The translations under genes were made by a program, and so were the position numbers. From positions 7,378,001 to 7,442,000 of the forward strand of contig NC_042998.1 of NCBI RefSeq assembly GCF_006345805.1: a stretch of 64,000 nucleotides of DNA, read 5' to 3'. The notes under the pieces are model-generated. The model searched no databases. It had not been told where the DNA came from and was given only the letters and a program-made list of their open reading frames with translations. How positions within the stretch are numbered: position 1 is the first letter of the stretch; each line of letters begins with the position of its first letter. Below, in pieces: positions 1-14,060 of this stretch. This DNA is from Octopus sinensis. Lineage: Eukaryota.

Positions 1-150
1 TTTTACAGCTGGATGCCTTTCCTAACACCAACCACTCAGCAGAGCGGACTTTGTGCTTTTTATGTAGCACAAGCACAGGTGAGGTCAGTTTTGGCAAGGT
101 TTTTACAGCTGGATGCCCTTCCAAACGTCAGCCACTTTACAGTGTAGACT
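1..150 (-). mobile_element. Family A fragment (two core copies)
   Basis: TTTTACAGCTGGATGCC core at about 1 and about 100. Confidence 0.55.
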
Positions 151-336
151 CGGTGCTGATATATATATATATATATATATATCCCCTATATAATTATGTA
201 TGCAATTTATTGAAACTGATCTTCAGGTAGTGTTCTTACCAGAAGATTGCAATGGTATGAAACTCGAGTCATTAAATAAAAACTATATACACTACATCTA
301 TTAAGCACTTCCCTGTCATTCATCCAAATAATTCCA

Positions 337-478
337 TGTTCATATATGTATATGTTTGTATGTATGTATGTATGTATTTATGCATGCATTCATGCGTGTA
401 TGTATATGTGTATGTATGTGTGTGTGTGTACATGTGTATGTATGTGTGTGTGTACATGTGTATGAATGTGTGTGTCTC
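337..478. repeat. (TG/TATG)n microsatellite
   Basis: Direct inspection. Confidence 0.9.
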
Positions 479-697
479 TGCGAATGTTTCCATTCTTCCT
501 TTATACATGAGGGCATTGATCTAAAATCAGTGTTGTTTCCTTGATATCTCAGTCACTCAGAAGCCTATAAGAATTGGGTCCAGAAACATAATAATACTGC
601 TTCTATACATGAAAAATTCCCATTGGATGATTTGAACTCTTATTTTAATGTTTAAAGCAATCAGTTCAGTTATTATTCATGTGGGATATATATATAT

Positions 698-972
698 CAT
701 CATCATCATCATCATCATCATTGTTTAACATCCATTTTCCATGCTAGCATGGGTTGGACAGTTCTACCGGGGTCTGGGAAACCAGGAGGCTGCACCAGGC
801 TCCAGTCTGATTTGGCAGTGTTTCTACAGCTGGATGCCCTTCCTAATGCCAACCACTCTGTGAGTGTAGTGGGTGCTTTTTACGTGCCACCTGCACAGGT
901 GCCAGAGGGGCCTGGCATCTGCCATGATCGGTTGGTGCTTTTTATGTGTCACCGGCACAGAAGCCAGTCGAG
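698..972 (-). mobile_element. Family A retroposon, (GAT)n tail
   Basis: (CAT)n plus CCATGCTAGCATGGGTTGG...CAGCTGGATGCCCTTCCTAA core, shared with about 16 other copies. Confidence 0.85.
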
Positions 973-982
973 GCAGGTGTGT

Positions 983-1290
983 GGAGGCGCAATGGCCCAG
1001 TGGTTAGGGCAGCAGACTCATGGTTGTAGGATCGCGGTTTCGATTCCCAGACCGGGCGTTGTGAGTGTTTATTGAGCGAAAACACCTAAAGCTCCATGAG
1101 GCTCCGGCAGGGGATGGTGACGATCTCTGCTGTACTCTTTCGCCACAACTTTCTCTCACTCTTTCTTCTGTTGGCCTGCTCGCTTAGCCAGTGGGGTGGC
1201 ATCAATTGAAGGCTAAAACAATGCGAAACGCATTGTGACCAGCGATGTTTAGCAACATCTGATAGCCTGGTTGGTCATGGTGATCACAGT
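983..1290 (+). mobile_element. tRNA-head SINE D, variant 1
   Basis: A-box-like TGGCCCAGTGGT and B-box-like GGTTTCGATTCC. Confidence 0.75.
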
Positions 1291-1716
1291 GATATATATA
1301 TATATATATATATGTATTTCTTTATATTCATGTGTGTGTGAGTATGTGTGTGCATACATGGATTAAATTATAGGGCAAATATTAAGAAATCCATTTTATA
1401 TTTTTGATTAGCTTTTTTGATGGTAATAATAAACTACATATTTTTTATATTAATGCTTTGAGCTCAGAAAGCAGATATATGGGCTCAAAATTTTACTGAC
1501 ATTAACTGCAGAAAGTGGTTTGACCCCATGATTTTGATAACACCTCTCCTTATGCTGTGAGAAGTAAATGCACCCCTAGTGACACTTACAAAAGACAATT
1601 TTTCAGATTTTTCTTAACTTATACACTTATTTCATCAAATACCTCTTTACAGAACAAGAATCAAATACAATTAGTTGTGGGTATGATGCATTTAGTGGTG
1701 GTCTGATAACCATACC

Positions 1717-1948
1717 TATTTCTTTATTTACCACAAGGGGCTAAACACAGAGAGGACAAACAAGGACAGATAAACGGATTAAATCGATTACATCAACCCC
1801 AGTGCGTAACTGGTACTTAATTTATCAACCCTGAAAGGATAAAAAGTAAAGTCGACCTTGGTGGAATTTGAACTCAGAACGTAGCGTCAGACGAAATACC
1901 ATTAAGCATTTCGACTGGCATGCTAACGTTTCTGCCAGTTCGCCACCT
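1717..1948 (-). mobile_element. SINE C (Deu/Nin-like central domain)
   Basis: GCCTTTCATCCTTTCGGGGTCGATAAATTAAGTACCAG-type core; domain name from memory. Confidence 0.85.
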
Positions 1949-2591
1949 ACAATAACCATACCTACAGCAGATATTGAAAAAGTATTGCAAAAGCAGAAAA
2001 TATTGGTTCTGTTTTTTGGTGGATTATTAACATCATTACAGGAATGATCATAAAATTTAATTACAGTCAAAAACTTAAATTCTATTCTTGATACAATGTA
2101 TCATATCATAGGCTCATGTTTATCAAGATTTGCTTGATCCTAATCTTTTACCCATCTCTGTCTTGATAGTCTATCCTAGTGACATCTCATGTCATCTGTT
2201 GACTGATTCCTAATGTCTTTGAATGCCAGTCAATACAATCGCCATCATATCTAAGAGTCCACAGTAGAGTGTCACAAACCTTATTTCTCCTTATGTCTCT
2301 GATTATGTCCAGCACAGTGAACTTTTCTTTCTATAATGCCTAATTCTTTTGGAAGATGATTGTACAATCTCTCTTAGCCCAAGTGATCTTTCTAGGACAC
2401 ATTTAAAATGACGCAAATTGTGCATATGTAGGAGCCTTGCAACATAATAGTAAGCCTTCTGGTTAATTTTATGGTGAAAGAGTCATAAAGTAGCACAGAC
2501 TAAACCACCATATATGCCTTGTGTGATTGCTCCATCATCACAGATGATTGCCATCTCCTTGACCTTCCTTGTTGTCAATGGCATTTCTAGT

Positions 2592-2892
2592 GGAGGCACA
2601 TGGCCTAGTGGTTAGAGCGGCGGACTCACGGTCAAGGGATTGCAGGTTCGAATCTCAGACCGGGTGATGTGTGTGTTTATGAGCGAAACACCTGAGTTCC
2701 ATGTGGCACCGGCAAAAGATAATGGCGAACTTCTGCTGACTCTTTCGCAACAACATTCTCTCACTCTTTCCTCCTGCATCTTGCAGTTCACTTGCAACGG
2801 ACCGGCGTCCCATCCAGATGGAGAACCTATACGCCAAGGAAACCGGGAAACCGGCCCTTATGAGCCAAGCATGGCTCGAGAAGAAACAAACA
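2592..2892 (+). mobile_element. tRNA-head SINE D, variant 2 (V-domain-like block)
   Basis: TGGCCTAGTGG / GGTTCGAATCTC head; GGACCGGCGTCCCATCCAG block. Confidence 0.75.
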
Positions 2893-3299
2893 ATACCATT
2901 TCTAACTTTCCATCCATGACCTCTTAGATGACTGTTCAGTCCCACTGCAGATCTGCATAGTTTGGAGCATAGGTTACAGACAAAAGTTTTAACCCCCTGC
3001 TGGATTGATCAGGTCACTTTGTAGGATGATAAGTAGTTACCCTATCAAAGTTTCAAATGTTCTTGACTCAAAACTGAACCTTCTCACTGGTTAGGTCAGC
3101 ACACATTGCCACTCGTCCATCACCGTAGCACTTTCAGGAGATGGAATGACAAATGAGCTCACCATCAAGAGTCATATGTACACTAGTTGATTATAGTAGT
3201 AAATACTTGTACTTTCTGGGTCTCTGTAATTACTACCTTGGGACAAGTAATCAAGTAATATATATATATATATATGTGTGTGTGTGTATATATATATAT

Positions 3300-3482
3300 C
3301 ATCATCATCATCATCGTTTAGCGTCCGCTTTCCATGCTAGCATGGGTTGGACGGTTCTACTGGGGTCTGTGAAGCCAGAAGGCTTCATCCGGCCCAGTCA
3401 AAATCTGGCAGTGTTTCTACGGCTGGATGCCCTTCCTAATGCCAACCACTCCGTGAGTGTAGTGGGTGCTTTTTACGTGCCA
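3300..3482 (-). mobile_element. Family A retroposon
   Basis: Same core and tail. Confidence 0.85.
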
Positions 3483-4485
3483 TATATATATATGTATATA
3501 TATGTGTATGTGTGTGTGTGTATGTGTGTGTGTATATATATATATATATATTCCATTGAGGTCAACTTTGCCTTTCATCCTTTCAGAGTTGATAAATTAG
3601 GTGCCAGTTGCGTACTGGGGTCAATCTAATTGACTGGACCCCTTCCCTCCAAAATTTCATGCCTTGTGTCTAGAGTAGAAAAGAACATATATATATATAT
3701 TATATATATATATCATTATCATCATAATCACCATTTGATGTTTGCTTTCCATGCAGGCATGGGTTGGATTGTTTTGACAAGAGCTGATGAACTGGAATAT
3801 TGCATCATACTCATGAGACTGCATTGGCATGGCCTCCTAATGCCAACCACTTTACAGAGTTTATTAGGGGTGGGGCTTACAGGCCACTGGCAAAGCCACC
3901 AAGTAACTTGCAAGACATGACCCACAACTGAGGGGAGAGTTGTATTGTGAGAAGTGGTCTTGTGCCAGGTGATGAGATGTTAAAGTATGATAGAAGGACA
4001 AAAAGGGGGTAGTGCCTTGCTGTAGAGGAGATACATGACTACCCCAGTTGGAAAAATAGAGAGGCAAGAGACAAAGAAAGAGAGGGAGAGAGAGAAGGAA
4101 AGAAAGGGGGAGAGTTTGAGAAACTAGTGAAGAAGATATGTTGGGACAGGGACGTGACTGCAAGTGAAGTGAAACAGAGGATTGAACAGGGTGAGTGAGT
4201 GGGAGATAAATGCAGGGAGAGTGTTGAACGCAGTGGAGAGGAGGTGTTTAGGAAGATGTGTACATGTACATGTATGTGAATGTTTGTAATAAGTGTATGA
4301 GTGAATGGTTTCTTTTAAATCACTTTTAATGCAGTCAATGATTTCCAAGAATTCTAAAACAAAGCAATAATGAGAAATCAAAACATAAACGTAAAACATG
4401 AGATATGGCATAAAATTGGTTTTGAAATGTTTCAACAAATAATAAAGAATCAATGGATTAAGAAGGCTGAAACATTATCTACAAA

Positions 4486-4954
4486 GCTGGCAGAAACGTT
4501 AGCTAAAGCGATGAGCTGGCAGAAATGTTTGCACGCCGGGTGAAATGCTTAGCGGTATTTTGTCTGCCACTATGTTCTGAGTTCAAATTCCGCCAAGGTC
4601 GACTTTGCCTTTCATCCTTTCGGGGTCGATAAATTAAGTACCAGTTATACACTGGGGTAGATGTAATTGACTTAATCCCTTTGTCTGTCCTTGTTTGTCC
4701 CCTCTATGTTTAGCCCCTTGTGGGTAATAAAGAAATAAGAAATGTTAGCGCACCGGGTGAAATGCTTAGCGGTATTTCGTCTGCTGCTACGTTCTGAGTT
4801 CAAATTCCACTAATGTCAACTTTGCCTTTCATCCTTTCAGGGTCGATAAATTAAGTACCAGTCATGCACTGGGATCGATATAATCGACTTAACCTCTTTG
4901 TCTGTCCTTGTTTGTCCCCTCTATGTTTAGCCCCTTGTGGGCAATAAAGAAATA
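4486..4954 (+). mobile_element. SINE C head-to-tail dimer inside one 18-bp TSD
   Basis: TGAAACATTATCTACAAA at 4468-85 vs TGAAACATCATCTACAAA at 4955-72. Confidence 0.88.
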
Positions 4955-5112
4955 TGAAACATCATCTACAAATATGGTAATAATGTTACCTGCAGGATTT
5001 GAAGAATGTTTATATTAATTTGAATATTTTTTTATGGTTGATATTTTTGTTTAAATGTCTGCTGTTATTAAGGCATCGTAAACATAATATTTTGTTTCTT
5101 TTGTTTGTTTAG

Positions 5113-5321
5113 CTTATTCTTTAGACTCGGTTGGCAGTTTTGGCAGTCAGTCACTTGGTCCAAATGCATTGGGAAACCAAACTGATGGAAAAGATCGACC
5201 AGATCATCATGGTCTTGAATTCCGTCTTATTATAGATTCAAAAAGTGGACCACCATTAACACTGTCCCTAGTGGCAGCAACCCCACAAGAAAAAGCTGCT
5301 TGGTGTAGTGAGATTAGTCAG
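5113..5321 (+). CDS. RasGRF: RasGRF exon 1 in window (end of PH2: ...EFRLIIDSKSGPPLTLSLVAATPQEKAAWCSEISQ)
   Basis: Donor CAG|gtaaga at 5321. Acceptor is AG 5111-12 or the in-frame AG 5123-24 (start 5125). Phase 1 in, 0 out. Confidence 0.9.
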
Positions 5322-5835
5322 GTAAGAACTACATTTTTGTTGTTATACTTAAAAAAATAAAAAAATTCTTTATTCATAATACTTTTTGAAATAATCAATT
5401 AGAAGAGGTCTTATTGTGATTATATTTTTAATCTGTCTTGATAAACCTTCAATTTACAAATGGAAAAAGAAAAAGACATAATCAGCATTTTTTTAGATAG
5501 AATTGAAATACGTTTAGGTTAAGCAAGTGTTTTCCAATCATTATAGTCTTTTGAAAACCCTTGAAATACATTCACATTTAAAAGAAAGCCTACATAAAAA
5601 TCACTATTTTTAGTAAATGTTTTCTTTCTTTGTTATAAAGTCAAATTTCATGAGATTAAACAAATCATAAAATTGTCTTTAAAAGGTTTGGTTGCACTAA
5701 ATTCATCAGATATTACAAAGGAAAGTTAAAAAATTTGAGAAATTGCTTAATATCATATTTTCCCTACAATTCACCACTTTTACCCATAGGATCTCACTAC
5801 TTCCTGCAAGTGGCAAAGATTTATTACATATACAC

Positions 5836-6090
5836 AAACTGAAAGAAGCCCGTTGCATATATATATATGTATGTTTGTGTGTCTGTGTTTGTCCCCCCAA
5901 CATCGCTTGGCAACTGAAGGTGGTGTGTTTACATCCCTGTAACTTAGCGGTTTGGTAAAAGAGACCGATAGTATAAGTACTAGGCTTACAAAGAATAAGT
6001 CCTGGGGTTAATTTGCTCGACTTAAGTATATCAACTAAAGGCGGTGCTCCAGCATGACCGCAGTCAAAATGACTGAAACAAGTAAAAGAG
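5836..6090 (+). mobile_element. SINE B 3' half
   Basis: ...GGCGGTGCTCCAGCATG.CCGCAGTCAAAATGACTGAAACAAGTAAAAGA tail. Confidence 0.8.
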
Positions 6091-6408
6091 TATGTGTGTG
6101 TGTTCAGAGAAATACTAAAAATATTCCCCCCCCTCATCACTTGACAACTGGTGTTGGTTTGTTTGCATCCCTGTAACTTTCAGTTTAGCAAAAGAAGAAT
6201 GATTGAATAAGTACCAGGCTTTAAAAAAAATGTCCTGAGGTGAATGTGTTTGACTGAACCCTTCATGGTGGTGCCGCAGAATAGTTGTAGTCAGTGGCTG
6301 AAGCAAGTAAAAGATAAAAAGATATGTATTTTATATGTGATTTAAGACACCCAATAAATATTTGGTATGATTGTCAATGAAATGTTTTATTTGTTGTTCT
6401 GTTTGCAG

Positions 6409-6491
6409 TGCATTGAAAATCTTCACTACAGCGACCTTCTGAACAGCTCCATGTGGGAATCTTCATCAGTGACTATGCCACAGTCAGTTAG
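6409..6491 (+). CDS. RasGRF: RasGRF exon 2 (CIENLHYSDLLNSSMWESSSVTMPQSV-R)
   Basis: ttgcag| acceptor, AG|gtacac weak donor; phase 0 to 2; joins exon 3 in frame. Confidence 0.92.
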
Positions 6492-9037
6492 GTACACTAA
6501 ACATTGCAATAATTTGAAATTAAATTATTTTAACTCTCTTGAACTATATAAAAGTTTTAAAAAAAAGGAAACAAGTTCATCTAAAGATAAATAGATAAAT
6601 TTTGATGAAATTTTAAAATTAAAATATAAAACTTTAAAAAAAATCTATGATATGATTAATTTTTCCTTTGTCTTATTGTTAGTATAATAGAAATAAATTT
6701 ATTTAATTACATGTATCAATTCTTTCGTAGAAGTCCAAATCATTGATCTGTTCAGAATTATTTGCTACCAGAATAGGTGTCTATTTATTTCAAAGATTTT
6801 TACAAAGATTCAATTGTCAAGAAAATAGTTGCTTTATGAGGTTTATACTTCATGGTTCTGGCCTGAAGTATTGTCAGTAAGGAATCAGCCTTCCTCCTTT
6901 TGTGTTTGTTAAAATGTATTTCACTCTTATACTGGAATATATCATTAGATTTACAAGGTGGGTAGGTGAAGCGTAAGGTTGAAGTGAACATATACTTCTG
7001 AATAGAACTCATCTAACCCATTCTACAGCTATACCAGTATAGCTTTCTTAATCACTGAAGTTATCAATATTTAAGAAATGTATCTTGATATAGGTATTAT
7101 AAACAAAGATTAATATGTACCAAAATAATTTACTTAATGATTCATATTAGTGATTCCTGTTAACTTCTGTCATCGTTAGATGCTCAAGGGGTCATGTTAA
7201 TTTGTAATATATTGATAACTAAATATTTCCATGGTTATAATTTTGTTGATTTAGATTATTGCAAAATATATATCGGTATATGATCATTTTTTCATCATTA
7301 TAAAAAAGTTATATAATAAACCAAGAGGAATAATGGTTTGTTTTGAATAGGCACAATCCCCTGTTCTGTAGGAGTGGAGTATAGATGACTGAAGTGATCC
7401 AGTATTTACTGAGACAAAAAAAAAATTAAAAAATGAAGCCAAATGCACAAATATTTAAGGATTAGCAAAAGCATTGAATTGAAAATGTCGGAAGGTTTTC
7501 CTGGATATATGTTTATCTTACTTATTTTTTTTTTTTTCCAACTTTAATCACTTAAACAATATTGGCATTTTTTAAAATTTGGCACCTTCTCTCGAAATTA
7601 TAAATTTATAGCATAATCAAGTTTATGTTGTAACTTTGTGTAGAATAGTATTTTGAATAACTTCTACAAGAATGTATTTTGCATGATTTATTTATGAATA
7701 TATAGGGCTGACACCTGCTCTACAGTTTTCTTCATTCATTAACTGATTTCAGCCATTAGGCTGTGGCTTTGAAACAGTATTATACATAAGAGAAAACTTT
7801 TCTTTTAAAATATTTTCTAAAAACTTATTTTCTGCCAGATTTTTTTCTTCTTAAACATATGTGTACTGAATGTCATATGCATACTTAAATGGTTGTATGC
7901 ATGTGGTCATATGGATGCAATATAATATTTCTTTACATTATACATAATGCATATTTATTATTGCTTCTATTATACACTCTTTAATCAAAATTTAAATTCA
8001 AATAATTTTATATAGTATTTAAATCATTTCATCAACCAGCCTTACTAATGTTATGCACTAACTTATATATATCCGCATGTGTATGTGTGTGTCTGTGTGT
8101 GTTGTGTAGTAAAAATAAATTTTAGTCAATAAATAGGCTTCATACGAATGTCTTGCTGGGGTGGGGGTCTTTGATCATCAGAAATGTAAAAGGAATAGAT
8201 TAAAATTTCCAGTTATAAACATATTTCTAGATTCTACATATACTTAATTCGATCATGTATTGAACACTCTTATATGTTTTCATTAATAAGTAATTAATGA
8301 TTCTAGATTTATTAATTATAAACCTCACATACAGTTTGTAAAGTTTTGCTTATATATCTGCATAGACATTAATGCCTATAAATACTTTAAAATATGAACG
8401 CACATGCGTGCACACACACACACACACACACACACATGTATTTCAAGCATCATTCTTTTCAAGTTTCACATTTTACATTAATACAGGCATCCTCTGTGTT
8501 ACCAAAGCATTATGCTCACGAAAATCTTGCATTAATGTGGAATTCCATAATGTGAAACGCATTTTCTGTCTTTGATATTTCCATGTAACATGGAAGTCAA
8601 AAACAGATTCCACAATACAGAACTCCACAGAATGGCAAAATTTTCAGGAGTGCAACGCTTGTGCAACATGGGGGGTGTACTTTTACTCACTTTCTTTATT
8701 CTGCTAACAATCTGCCTAAATTAAAAATAAAATAACCGTGTCTTTTCATACGTATGGTTCTTTGAGGGAAATTATTATATAATGTTGTGTTTCAACAGAA
8801 ACAAGTCTCAGAATGATATCTTGAAAGAAGGAAAGAAAGTAAATAATGGAAAGAAGAATTAAGAGAATCATATTGTAATTTACTTTCTTTTGATATCAGT
8901 TAAGGTGAAATCAGAAAGAACTGATGTGTCAAGGCGAAAGAGAATAGAAAATGGAAAGGACTAGAAGAAAGATCTGTGCTAAAATATGGCATTTCTTCAT
9001 GACTATTGGGAATTTTTTTAATTTTTAATATAGTCAA

Positions 9038-9272
9038 AGGCAGTGACCTGGCAGAATCGTTAGCAAGCCAGACAAAATGCTTACAACATTTCATCTGACT
9101 TTACGTTCTGAGATCAAATTTCGCTGAGGTCAACCTTGCCTTTCGTCCTTTTAGGGTCGATAAAATAAGTAACAGTACACTGGGGTTGATGTCAGTACAC
9201 TGAGTTCGATGGAATTGACTTGCCCCGTTCCACTGAAATTACTGGCCTTGTGCCAAAATTTGAAACCAATAT
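9038..9272 (+). mobile_element. SINE C variant (tail GGCCTTGTGCCAAAATTTGAAACC)
   Basis: C head and core with a different tail; reverse copy at 41592-41806. Confidence 0.75.
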
Positions 9273-10045
9273 TTAATATTGTCATGGACAACCTGCAGCC
9301 TCTGGAACTTCCTGAAGGGCATGCCTAATAAAAATTTACTTTGAAGCCTGCCTGATGAGGATCCATGTCTCATGCTGCCTGCTTCTCCAAAAAAGTTGTC
9401 TATGCTTAATACAATAACTATTGTTTCTCGGTTACTTCTTTTTCTTATTATTACTATTTATGCACCCAAATTTGTGTGAAGTCTACCAACAGAAGGTTGT
9501 ATACTTTACAAAGTAGTCATGTGGAAATTTCAATCAGCACATACCATGATTGCAGTGATGACAGTGAAGCTATCAAATAAAAAAAAAAAAACGGAAAATG
9601 ATACTTCAGTTGTCTTGACTTTGAACTGATATATTTTATTTCCCACTTTAAATGAAATGGTTCATGAAATATATTTACTTGAATAGCATTTTGTGACAAA
9701 ATATTTTTTTTCTATTCTATTCATATTATGTGATTAAAAATATTTCTGGGTGGAGGTATACATGTATTGATATACACACACACAATGTAAAGAATTCATA
9801 ACTATTCAACAAAGATATATTACTCTTGTCCTTTGTGTATAATAAGGGTTTACTTAAAATTTACACAATACATCAAGCATATTCACCGTCCTGTTATTTA
9901 TGAGAATATCTACAAATTCATATTTTGATACTGTTTAGTTGTAATAATAAACAACAAAAAACTACATTAGTCTTTCTTTTTATTTTTAGTTCTAGACTTA
10001 TTTAAATATTTTTTGATGTGCATACATACATAAACACACACACTT

Positions 10046-10076
10046 TATATATATATATATATATATATAAAATTAC

Positions 10077-10149
<73 letters not shown>

Positions 10150-10206
10150 TACATTATATATATATATTATATATATATATTATATATATATATATATATA
10201 ATACAT

Positions 10207-10241
<35 letters not shown>

Positions 10242-10260
10242 ACATTATATATATATATAT
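10046..10260. repeat. Compound (TA)n array with recurring ATTACAT interruptions
   Basis: Direct inspection. Confidence 0.9.
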
Positions 10261-13200
10261 GTGTGTAATTATAATTCATATACATTTATACACGCACACA
10301 TACCATACATACATATATACAACAGCTATCCTACAATAGAGTTGTTCTTAATGGTTCACTTTTTCCTGTAACAATCATTGTTGCTTAACTTTTTCCCCCC
10401 CTTTTTAAAAATTATTTTGTGCTAGGACAAAAATGAATATTTTCACATGTGTGTATATATGTGTTTGTATGTATATAAGGTTGTGTGTGAGCATCTGAAA
10501 ACAGATTGTATTATAAAGCTTTTGTAAATATAAGAAAATTATTTTGGGTTATGATAACAGTTTAAGTTTTATATTGGTCATCTAACTGGTGACATTTTCT
10601 GTGATAATTTTATTCTGAACGTTGATGAGGTGAGATTGTGAAAAGTATGTAATTTATTCCAAATGATAGGTTCATAAACATAAAGTGTCAATTTTACCTC
10701 ATCGGAGTTTTAGTTTCTATAGTTTATTATATTCCTTTAGATTAATCTTCTGTATTTCTTTTAGTATTAGATATAAAAATTAAAATAATTTATAGTTTAA
10801 AGTAATTCAACTGATACAAAGGATATAACAGAAATTTTATGGTCAAAAGGAAAAAAAAAGTTGCTATACAGAAAGTTGTATGAGGAAGATTATAGACAAA
10901 AATAAATATCTTGAAGCATAACGATTATGGTTCATTAAGAGGAGTTTTTTTCGACTTTAGTGAGAATAGATATATTTTAAAACTTAATGAATAATCAGAA
11001 AATACACTAGGATGAAAATAAGATAGCATCTTGGAAACAAATTTGCAGACAAGTAGTGAAAGAGAACTCAAAACTAAAATCCCTGCCAGATGCCAGAAAC
11101 AAAAGCAAGGTATTAAGTCACTGAAAAGAAGACTGCAACAGAAGTGAAAACATAATATAATAAAAATTACCAGCACTACCAACAACAACAACAATACCAA
11201 CAACAGCAACTACAAAATCCTGTTCTTCCAAATGTGGTTGACAAAGTGACTGCACTGTCGATAAAGTGTCTTCAACTTAATGAGTCAAGATGAGTATTTA
11301 TTCAGAAGTAGCATGAAAGTTCCTTTGGCTGACATTTTTTTTTTTTATTCACCCAAAATTTTTGAAACTAGGAAGCACCGTAATATTAAATGGCACTTTG
11401 AGAATTCATGGAATTTGATATCTTTTTCTTTAGTTCAGTTTACTTATTTTTCCAAGTTTGCTTCTCAATTTTATCATCATTTGACTTTTTAGTAGGTTTA
11501 TTTATTTATTTCTTTTATTCAAATTTGCTCTCTCTTGAAATCCGATTCCTTTGCACTCATTTTGTTTAGAGAGTATGAATCTAATAAACGTGCTAGGTTT
11601 AAAATTGAAATTTCTCTTGATGGTGCTTCCCTTTACAAATTATTTAATTTATTTTTCAATTATAATATATTATTTTCATAGCTTTACTTATAATTTTCAT
11701 CTTTCTTTTTGTGTCTGAGTGCGTGCACTCTGATGGTATGCGGGCACTTTTCTGTAGTGATTTATCATTTTTAAGTTTAAATTCAAGCAGTTTTATATCT
11801 CTCATTTACAATTTGTAGATTTTTATTCATTATATTCTGGTAGCAAGTTTTCTTATGCTGTTAGAGCATGACAATATAGTTTGGGCTTCCATCAATCACC
11901 CATAATATGTTAACTGTGCAGCTTTGTGATGCTAAAATAACTTGGAAGATCTTGATGTTTTTTAATGCATTATATTAAAAAAAAATCATTTGATAGTCTT
12001 AAATATTTATGCATGTTTAGATTATTATTATTATTATTATTATTTTCAATTTTCTAATTAATACTTCAAGTGGTTTTTCTGGTTTCAGAGTTTATATCAG
12101 TTGGATTGATATTTTGACCATAGTATCACAAAATATAAATATGAAAATCAAATATCCTATAAAATTGTAATATAATAAAAACTGTTTAAACAAATGCATT
12201 TAGAGAATATAAATTACTGTAAATATAATTTAAGACAAGTTGACTGCAAAAGTAAAATGATTTTTTGTAATGCTTTATTGTACTGAAAATTCTTATGACT
12301 GAAAGTAAAATGCTTTTAAACCCAATACACTAAATAAGTTATATTCCTAGCTAGTAACTGGAATAGCTAGTATTTCCTTATAATAAGAGCAATAAATATT
12401 ACTTTACAATATGTTAATAAAAAGAAAATATATTTTTACATTTAAATAATTTTAATAGTATTGCACACAGTTCTTTAAGGATAAGGAAATCAAAATAGGG
12501 GGATATTGGTACCAACCTAATGATTTAAAAATTTAATAGGTTTTGAATAGTTTTACTTTTCAAACAACCTTTGCTGCACATATGATATTCCTAAAAGTTA
12601 GCCAAGAAATAACGAAGTTAAAGGAGATAAATGTTGGGAAAACAGAGAATATAAAGTTTCTTATTCTATTTCAAAATCTTTGAACTTTTTTTTACAGAAA
12701 ACTATTGACTAATTTTGTATAGTAGCTAACTGAAAATTTTCAAGATTTTATGAGTTCTAACCATAAGCAACTAAAATGTATATTGTAGCATGAGAAAGGT
12801 AATACATACAATAATAAAATGTTAGTATAAAAATTATACAAGTTTGTGTACCAAACAAAAGATGGAAAAAAAAATATTAGTCTAATATTTTATTTGTATG
12901 CTGATAATATTAATGGAAGGTTTGGCTTAGGTTATTGGACTGATAGCATCTTTACTATTATATATTAGAGGGTTGATACTTCTGGTCCAAATTATCAGAG
13001 TTTACAGATCAATTCTTAATCATTTTCGTCAACACATTTATCACACTTCCCAAATACTTTTCTTAGATTTGATATAACTTATTTTACTACAAAATCACTG
13101 CAATCTATTGTAGCGAACATCTACATAATGATCTAGAAATGTTTCCTTTAATCTCCTTTTAACAACTTACATAATCTTATTTTTATATTGAAATGAAGTT

Positions 13201-13944
13201 ATGTTAAAGAAATCAGTTTGAGAAACACACATGTATTTCTCTTCATTGTGTTGGACAGTTTGCAATATATTATGATTGATAAATGCAGTGTTGTTGCTCA
13301 TGGCATCAGCAAAACCTTCAACCATGTATGACATTAGTTTATTGTCTGAATTTCCTGCCTAGGGGAACTCTCTGTCTCTCATCTCTAGAATCTGTGGTTT
13401 TCAACCAGATCACACTACTGCAGCATGTGATAACAGAACTCTTTCACATCCACAAATTAAATTAGTAATATTGTATCTGTGAGTCTCTAAATAAATACAA
13501 ATGATCTCTCAAGTCAATGCAGCAGTTAATCAGTGAAGTAAATACAACAATTCATATATATCGAGGATATACTGCTAATGATATGTTAAGGACATACCTC
13601 TGGTATATATCAGTTACATACAACAACTCATCATGTAGTAAATATAATTGATTGGCAAGGAAAACATCTGCAGGTGAGGGAATTCCAAAAAGTTGATGTT
13701 TTGCACTGGATAAAAAAATATGCTTAGTGGTTAGTGTGAATGTGAGATAGCTTACGAAAGAGAGGAAAATAAATGAATGAGTCTAGAATGCCTGGGACGA
13801 GGTGGTATCACATCACTCAGCTCCATTATGCAGAAAGCTGAGAATTGAGACAGCACTTATGTAGGCGGGAAATTAGTGTGTGATGGTCAAAGCTTTCATG
13901 CTAATCAGTTGAGTGTTTTTTTTATGGTGGGGTGGATGTACTTG

Positions 13945-14006
13945 TGTGTGTGTGTGTGTGTGTGCGTGTGTGTGTGTGTGTGTGTGCGTGTGTGTGTGTG
14001 TGTGTG
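13945..14006. repeat. (TG)n microsatellite
   Basis: Direct inspection. Confidence 0.9.
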
Positions 14007-14060
14007 AATAGTCCCAAATGTAGGAGCAATACTCCATTGTTGATTTGGTCTGAGCTTTAT

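Noticed and set aside
749-1075. Recurring ORFs MGWTV...LQSDLAVFLQLDALPNANHS (also 3153, 42750, 47646, 53467, 54458, 56577) as a gene family
   Set aside because: Antisense translations of family A; ends and frames vary and there is no splice structure.
2150-2560. Old RTE-like LINE remnants (also about 19870-20050 and 36530-36800)
   Set aside because: Too decayed to support by eye.
9345-9400. Hammerhead ribozyme (CTGATGA core)
   Set aside because: No downstream GAAA with closing stems here or at the other CTGATGA sites I checked.
10925-11290. Hydrophobic minus-strand ORF or Gln-rich plus-strand exon
   Set aside because: Produced by a (CAA)n tract; candidate splice sites are weak and out of phase with exon 2.
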